Below, piece after piece: positions 58,966 to 64,000 of a stretch of 64,000 nucleotides of DNA; the first letter of the stretch is position 1; every line of letters starts with the position of its first letter. The translations under genes and the position numbers were made by a program. The notes under the pieces were generated by a model. That model saw nothing but the letters and a program-made list of their open reading frames with translations, ran no database searches and was not told the DNA's origin. The stretch comes from Bacilli bacterium (GTDB lineage Bacteria; Bacillota_I; Bacilli_A; RFN20; CAG-826): assembly GCA_017959905.1 (NCBI GenBank), contig JAGCZS010000002.1:7514-71513 (forward strand), given 5' to 3'.

Positions 58966-59962
58966 AAAAACCTATAATTTTTTTAACTTTTTTTAACGTT
59001 TTACTAGCTACTAATCTTGCTTTTTCAGAACCTTTATGCAAAACATCGGTAATATATTTATTACCTTGCAAAAATTTCATATATTTTTTTCTAAAAAGCG
59101 ATAATTCTTCAACGACGGCATTAGCTACTTCTCGCTTAAATTCAGAATATTTATAATTTTTAAAATACTCCTCACATTTTTTCAAATCTTTTTTTTTTAA
59201 TGACGCATATATAACTAATAAATTTGATATCCCCGGCTTATTTTTGACATCATATTTTATTTTTGAATCGCTATCGGTTACAGCGCTCATTATTTTTTTG
59301 CGAATAATATCGTCAGAATCGTCTATTGATATCGTTCCTGCTTGCGATGAACTTTTGCTCATTTTTACCAATGGATTTTTTAAATCCATTATTCTATAAC
59401 CTATATCATTTATTTCGGCTTTTGGTAATACAAAAATATTTTTGTTATATCGATTATTAAAACGCTCAACCAATTTGCGTGTTAATTCGATATGTTGAAT
59501 TTGATCATCACCAACAGGCACAACGTTTGCGTTATGCAAAACAATATCTGCGCACATTAAAGATGGATAAGCAAAAAAACCTAAACTTAAATTGTTTTTC
59601 TGACCCTCTCTTGCTTTTTGCTTAAATTGTGTCATTCTATTCATTTCGCCAATATATAAAAAATTTTGCAAAATGGTATTTAATTCTGAATGTTCAGGAA
59701 CATCACTTTGCAAAAATAAAATAGTTTTTTTCATATCTAAATTACTCGCTAAAAAAAAAGCAGCTATTTTTTTGCTATTTTCTTCCAAAATTTTTGGATC
59801 AATAGGAAAAGTTAAAGCGTGTAAATCGGCAATAAAAATAAAAATTTCATCAAATTCATTTTGGATTTTTTCTAAATTTTTAATAAGGCCTATATAATTA
59901 CCTAAAGTTAAGATCCCTGTTGGTTTTATCGCGCTAATTAATCGCATTCTTTTTTTCTCCAT
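58952..59962 (-). CDS. trpS: tryptophan--tRNA ligase
   Basis: 336 aa. KPTGILTLGNYIG (HIGH-type), GDDQIQHIE and KMSKS are present. Confidence 0.97.
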   Translation of the reverse strand: MEKKRMRLISAIKPTGILTLGNYIGLIKNLEKIQNEFDEIFIFIADLHALTFPIDPKILEENSKKIAAFFLASNLDMKKTILFLQSDVPEHSELNTILQNFLYIGEMNRMTQFKQKAREGQKNNLSLGFFAYPSLMCADIVLHNANVVPVGDDQIQHIELTRKLVERFNNRYNKNIFVLPKAEINDIGYRIMDLKNPLVKMSKSSSQAGTISIDDSDDIIRKKIMSAVTDSDSKIKYDVKNKPGISNLLVIYASLKKKDLKKCEEYFKNYKYSEFKREVANAVVEELSLFRKKYMKFLQGNKYITDVLHKGSEKARLVASKTLKKVKKIIGFYGKK

Positions 59963-59967
59963 AAAAA

Positions 59968-61665
59968 TTATTTTGTTAAAATAACTGGCACTATTAACGG
60001 TTTTTTTAATGTTATCTGCGAAACAATATCATTTATTAAAGATATAACCATTTTTTTTATTTGGTCATTTGTTTTCTTTAAAAAATTGCTCATATTACTT
60101 TTAATTTCTAAAAAAACTCTATTCTTAAAATATTCTTCGTTATTTAAAACGACCCCTTTTATAAAAAAAAACGGTTTTTTAAAATTAGAAATATCTTGTG
60201 AAACAAAAATTATGGCAACAATCACCCCATGCATTCTTATGACATCTTTTTCAAAAATAATATTGCCCGTAACAATATTAAAATCATCATCCAAAAACAA
60301 AGGCGATATTGGCATCGTATTTCCTTGATGAATATTATGTTGCTTTAATATTAAGGAATCACCATTATTCAAAACAAAAATATTTTCTTTTTTAATGCCC
60401 ATTAGCGAAGCAACACGAGCATGTTCGCAAAGCATATAATATTCCCCATGAACCGGCATAAAAAACTTTGGCTTAAACAATTTTAGCATTAACATCAAAT
60501 CTTGTTTACTTGGATGACCAGAGCTATGTATTTGAGCAATATCATTTGTATAAATATTTGCCCCAAAACGCGATAAGCTGTTCATAACTTTTTCTATTTC
60601 TTCACCGTTTCCTGGAATTGTTCCAGACGAGAAAATTATTGTGTCACCAGGCATAATATGTATTTTATTTTTACCATTTATTATTTTATTTAGGGCCGAT
60701 TTTTCTTCTCCTTGCGAACCTGTACAGATAATACATATTTCACTTGATCTGAAATTATCGATTTCATCAACACTAATAATTTCTGCTCTACCCATATCCA
60801 TATAACTATGTTTTAAGGCTATGGCAACAGAAAATTCCATTGATCTACCAACGATAGCTATTTTTCTTTTATATTTGTGTGCTATCGAGACAATTTGTTG
60901 AATTCGAAAAATACTACTACTAAAAGTAGTTATGATAATTCTGCCTTTAGTTTTACAAAAAATATTATTGAGTGATTGATAAACATTTTTTTCGCTTGAT
61001 GTATACCCATCTATCGCGGCATTCGTCGAATCGCTTAATAGTAAATCAACTTTTTCTTTTCCTAAATAGGCTATTTTATTTAATTCAATATTAGCGTTAT
61101 TTATTGGAGTCAAATCAATTTTAAAATCTCCTGTTGTTGCTATCCGACCATCAACGGTATCAATAATAACTCCAAATGAATCCGGTATCGAATGAGTTAC
61201 GCTAAAAAAGGATATTTTTATTTCTTTATTCTGAAAGTTAAATTGCGAATGACTATCATATTCAACTATAGCTACACGTCCTTTAAAACGAGACATTTTA
61301 ATTTTATGACGTATTAACTCCGCGACTAATTTAGGTGCGTAAATAATAGAAATATTTGTATTTTTTATTAAAAATAAAACTCCACCTATGTGGTCTTCGT
61401 GGCCGTGCGTTATAACAAGTATTTTAACTTTATTAACAAAATTTAAATATTTTATATCCGGAACGGTACATTTTATAAAATCGTCACGTATTTTAAGAAA
61501 TTTTATCCCTATATCGACTATTATTATCGTTTTATTGGTTTCAATACAATATGCATTTTTTCCAACTTCATTTAAACCACCAAAAGCAAATATAGTAACA
61601 CCGGCTGTGTTTGTTCTTTTTATATTTTTGCTACTATTATCTTTTAAAACATTAAATTTTCTCAT
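59968..61665 (-). CDS. rnj: ribonuclease J
   Basis: 565 aa. It has the metallo-beta-lactamase motif THGHEDHIGG, a beta-CASP region and an RNase J C-terminal domain. Confidence 0.95.
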   Translation of the reverse strand: MRKFNVLKDNSSKNIKRTNTAGVTIFAFGGLNEVGKNAYCIETNKTIIIVDIGIKFLKIRDDFIKCTVPDIKYLNFVNKVKILVITHGHEDHIGGVLFLIKNTNISIIYAPKLVAELIRHKIKMSRFKGRVAIVEYDSHSQFNFQNKEIKISFFSVTHSIPDSFGVIIDTVDGRIATTGDFKIDLTPINNANIELNKIAYLGKEKVDLLLSDSTNAAIDGYTSSEKNVYQSLNNIFCKTKGRIIITTFSSSIFRIQQIVSIAHKYKRKIAIVGRSMEFSVAIALKHSYMDMGRAEIISVDEIDNFRSSEICIICTGSQGEEKSALNKIINGKNKIHIMPGDTIIFSSGTIPGNGEEIEKVMNSLSRFGANIYTNDIAQIHSSGHPSKQDLMLMLKLFKPKFFMPVHGEYYMLCEHARVASLMGIKKENIFVLNNGDSLILKQHNIHQGNTMPISPLFLDDDFNIVTGNIIFEKDVIRMHGVIVAIIFVSQDISNFKKPFFFIKGVVLNNEEYFKNRVFLEIKSNMSNFLKKTNDQIKKMVISLINDIVSQITLKKPLIVPVILTK

Positions 61666-61798
61666 AATTTTTTCTTAAATTTAAACAAATTCATTTTTTT
61701 ATAACTCTTATGCAAACTCTAAATATATTTTTTTAACAAACTAAAACTAACAAACCGCAAATAATTCAAAACTCAATTTTCAATTAAAATATAAAAAT

Positions 61799-62359
61799 AT
61801 GAAAACAACAAAAATAATTGCTGGCATTTATCGTGGTAAAAACATCTCACTAATAAAAAGAAATAATATTAGGCCAACTAAAAACATTGTTAGAGAAGCA
61901 ATTTTTAATATTATACCAGAAAAAAATATTAAAAATAAAATATTTCTAGATTTGTTCGCTGGTTGTGGCACTGTCGGCATAGAAGCGGCGTCACGAATGG
62001 CAAAAGCTATCTATTTTGTTGATTACGATTATGAAGCGACAAAAATAATAAAAAAAAATTTAGTAAATTTAAATATAAAAAATGCAATCGTAATAAAAAA
62101 AAATTTTTTAAGTTCTTGTAGATATTTTAAAGAACAAAAAATAAAATTTGACGTTATTTTTGTAGATCCGCCTTATAATTTTTCAAAAAAACAATATTTG
62201 GAAATATTTGGTTTTTTCAAACAAAATAACTTATTAAAAAATAAATTTATTTTTATTTTCGAATCTTCTTTTATTTTAAATTTTTTAGAATTATCTGATT
62301 GCCTTATTAAAAATTACAAATATGGAAAAACATTTATTTGTGTTATAAAAAAAATTTAG
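61799..62359 (+). CDS. rsmD: 16S rRNA (guanine966-N2)-methyltransferase RsmD
   Basis: 186 aa. IRPTKNIVREAIFNI, the SAM motif DLFAGCGTVGIEA and DPPY are present. Confidence 0.85.
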   Translation: MKTTKIIAGIYRGKNISLIKRNNIRPTKNIVREAIFNIIPEKNIKNKIFLDLFAGCGTVGIEAASRMAKAIYFVDYDYEATKIIKKNLVNLNIKNAIVIKKNFLSSCRYFKEQKIKFDVIFVDPPYNFSKKQYLEIFGFFKQNNLLKNKFIFIFESSFILNFLELSDCLIKNYKYGKTFICVIKKI

Positions 62360-63048
62360 CCGTTATTCCAGCAATCATATAAAAATTTTACTCTTTCAAA
62401 ATTATCTGAGCCTTTCACATCAAAATAAACAGAAATTGCATCTTTTTTATCAAAATTAATTAACAAAAGAAGAGGGGTATTAAAACAATCTGGATTCATT
62501 ATACCGTCAACGATTTTTAAACTAATTAATTCTCTAATTACATCATCATTCTTTTTTGCAACATCACGTACTTTTTCAAAAAACTTTTTATTATTCAAAA
62601 ATAATTTAGTAAAAGCATCTTTATCATCATCAACGTAAACCGTATAGAGTATTATTTTTCTATTATCGGATCCTCTAGAACCTAAAATATCATAAAAACT
62701 CCTAGCAAAATCGCGAGCTAACGCGTTTCCTTTATCTAAAAATAAAAGAAAATATTTAAATTGATCCGTGGGAATTTTCTGCTCAAATAATGAAGCGTCG
62801 TGTACATTTTTTAATCTTAAACGATCTTTTTCGTAAGAAATAAAATTATGCATTATTTCATCAACACCACTAATTTTTTTGTCATATCTTCGATAAAAAA
62901 TATCTGTATCTCTTGGCATTAAAAAAGTATTTATAAAAGTTTTAGAAATTAATGGAATCATTGATATAGCACAAAATATCATCATCGAAACAAGTAATGG
63001 CTGTAACCATGTAGTTTCTCGTATAAAATTAACCAATTTTGCAATCAT
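62356..63048 (-). CDS. hypothetical membrane-anchored protein (one N-terminal TM, ~190-aa soluble domain)
   Basis: 230 aa. Amino-acid composition is ordinary rather than low complexity, and it starts with ATG. I recognise no family motif. Confidence 0.5.
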   Translation of the reverse strand: MIAKLVNFIRETTWLQPLLVSMMIFCAISMIPLISKTFINTFLMPRDTDIFYRRYDKKISGVDEIMHNFISYEKDRLRLKNVHDASLFEQKIPTDQFKYFLLFLDKGNALARDFARSFYDILGSRGSDNRKIILYTVYVDDDKDAFTKLFLNNKKFFEKVRDVAKKNDDVIRELISLKIVDGIMNPDCFNTPLLLLINFDKKDAISVYFDVKGSDNFERVKFLYDCWNNG

Positions 63049-63137
63049 CTTTTTTTACATCTAATTTATATATTACAAAAATCAATAAGAAATAAACATT
63101 TGTTATTATTATATTTAATAATATTATAAAAGAACAC

Positions 63138-64000
63138 ATGAAATTTAAAATTAAGAATAATACAATCGTAGAATATTTTATTAATATCGCTATAATGTTC
63201 TTTTGCGCAATCATTTCTGCTTTCGAATATAAAGTATTTATAGCGCCAAAAATAGAAAACGCTATTTTTATATTACCAACTGGCATAAGTGGATTATCTA
63301 CGATAATTTCCTCAATTATAAATAGTATTTTTAAATTTGATTTCTATTCAACTTTTTCGATCGTTGACAATATTTTAAACATACCATCTTTTATAATAGC
63401 CTTCTACTTTTTTGGATTTAAATTTGGTTTACTAACAACAATATTTGTAATATTTGCTAATATGTTTATTTGCTTAGATTTTCAATTTGCTAATAATTTT
63501 GCTTTACAAATAGCTAATATTATTGAATACAATGGGGTTTGTTATCAAACAAGTGGTTTATTGACGAGAGCTATCCTTGCCGCTTGTTGCAGTGGAATAA
63601 CAAATTCAATAATAATTTCATTAAATGCAAGCAGCGGTGGGATGGCGACTATAAATTATTTTTTAGCATCAAGAAAAGCAAAAAATATCGGTTACTACTC
63701 AATAATAACAAACGCAACCGTTGCTATTTTATTTACAATTTTTGCTTTTTTTAAATATAATAATTTTCTAAATGCTATTTTAAGTTTAATATTTGCCCTA
63801 ATTTTTGTTATTTTATACGCCATAATTATTGATGTTATATCTCCTCAAAATAAAAAAGAACAAATTCAAATAATTTCCGCACAAGATAAAATTGATGCCA
63901 TGATAAAATTGATACCGCACGGAATAACAATAATAAATTCTAAAGGCGCGTATTCGAAAGAAAACAAAGTTATTTTATCGATAATAGTTTCCACCTATGA
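63138..64000 (+). CDS. YitT-family membrane protein (DUF2179-containing), partial, runs off the window end
   Basis: Absent from the ORF track because no stop lies in the window. My translation from the ATG at 63138 reads MKFKIKNNTIVEYFINIAIMFFCAIISAFEYKVFIAPKIENAIFILPTGISGLSTIIS...SSGGMATINYFLA...IPHGITIINSKGAYSKENKVILSIIVSTY. It shows the repeated YitT membrane modules and the start of the DUF2179 domain. Confidence 0.8.
   Translation, partial: MKFKIKNNTIVEYFINIAIMFFCAIISAFEYKVFIAPKIENAIFILPTGISGLSTIISSIINSIFKFDFYSTFSIVDNILNIPSFIIAFYFFGFKFGLLTTIFVIFANMFICLDFQFANNFALQIANIIEYNGVCYQTSGLLTRAILAACCSGITNSIIISLNASSGGMATINYFLASRKAKNIGYYSIITNATVAILFTIFAFFKYNNFLNAILSLIFALIFVILYAIIIDVISPQNKKEQIQIISAQDKIDAMIKLIPHGITIINSKGAYSKENKVILSIIVSTY

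Noticed and set aside
63029-63286. 85-aa minus-strand ORF overlapping the start of the 230-aa hypothetical, possibly a frameshifted N-terminal extension across an A7 run
   Set aside because: It is antisense to the N-terminus of the YitT-family gene, which matches its family well from the ATG at 63138. The hydrophobicity is the mirror of a membrane protein, and the 230-aa ORF has its own ATG and TM helix.
1-64000. Possibility of the Mycoplasma/Spiroplasma code (TGA=Trp) or a sense-codon reassignment (AGG or CGA/CGG)
   Set aside because: All conserved proteins are full length under the standard code. TGA ends prp (6167-6169), rplM, tyrS and nusB at the expected positions, and conserved Trp residues use TGG. 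AGG at 17060-17062 encodes the invariant Arg of the transketolase GVREFAM motif. CGA at 6801-6803 encodes the conserved Arg of the Obg FR(R/H)EK motif.
1-64000. Scan for CRISPR repeats, IS or transposase genes, integrases, phage genes, restriction-modification, toxin-antitoxin or other defence-type genes
   Set aside because: None was found. Every ORF over 100 aa that is not antisense to a better-supported gene has a housekeeping or transporter assignment, except the 230-aa hypothetical (no family assignment) and the 400-aa putative binding protein (assignment from context only). The only non-trivial repeat is the prp/rpmA junction duplication.

Overview
This is a 64-kb window from a very AT-rich, gene-dense, reduced genome with Firmicutes/Mollicutes-type synteny. 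The standard genetic code applies: TGA terminates prp, rplM, tyrS and nusB, and Trp is TGG. AGG and CGA sit at conserved Arg positions. My guess, from sequence only, is an Acholeplasma/RF39-like wall-less Bacilli lineage.

The content is almost entirely housekeeping, in recognisable but pruned Firmicutes clusters:
- ribF-rbfA-infB-nusA, with no truB, ylxR or ylxQ
- three tRNAs
- rplU-prp-rpmA-obg-nadE-ruvAB-secDF-like
- hisS-aspS-tkt-nusB-xseAB-dxs-nif3-nfo
- ispG-deoD plus a BMP-family nucleoside ABC transporter
- rpmG-efp-yneF-nadD/yqeK
- a NitT/TauT-like permease pair, then deoB-rpsI-rplM
- gatBAC-ligA-pcrA-ileS-ftsZ-ftsA-mtaD-rpe-prkC-prpC-priA-gmk
- ABC ATPase-tyrS-rluD-like, cof-trpS-rnj, rsmD, one hypothetical, and yitT (partial)

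I found no CRISPR array, IS element, integrase, phage gene, toxin-antitoxin pair or defence-type gene. I do not see a convincing novel multi-gene system.

The item most worth a second look is a duplicated prp/rpmA junction. It flanks a roughly 200-nt insert that is GC-enriched and hairpin-rich, and I cannot assign the insert to a known RNA class. Secondary curiosities:
- a tRNA whose standard register gives anticodon AAC (A34)
- a tRNA-Gly(CCC) with a paired A18/G55 change
- a nadD-yqeK fusion broken by a frameshift in an A12 run
- an EF-P lacking the canonical KPGKG loop
- a tandem two-domain XseB
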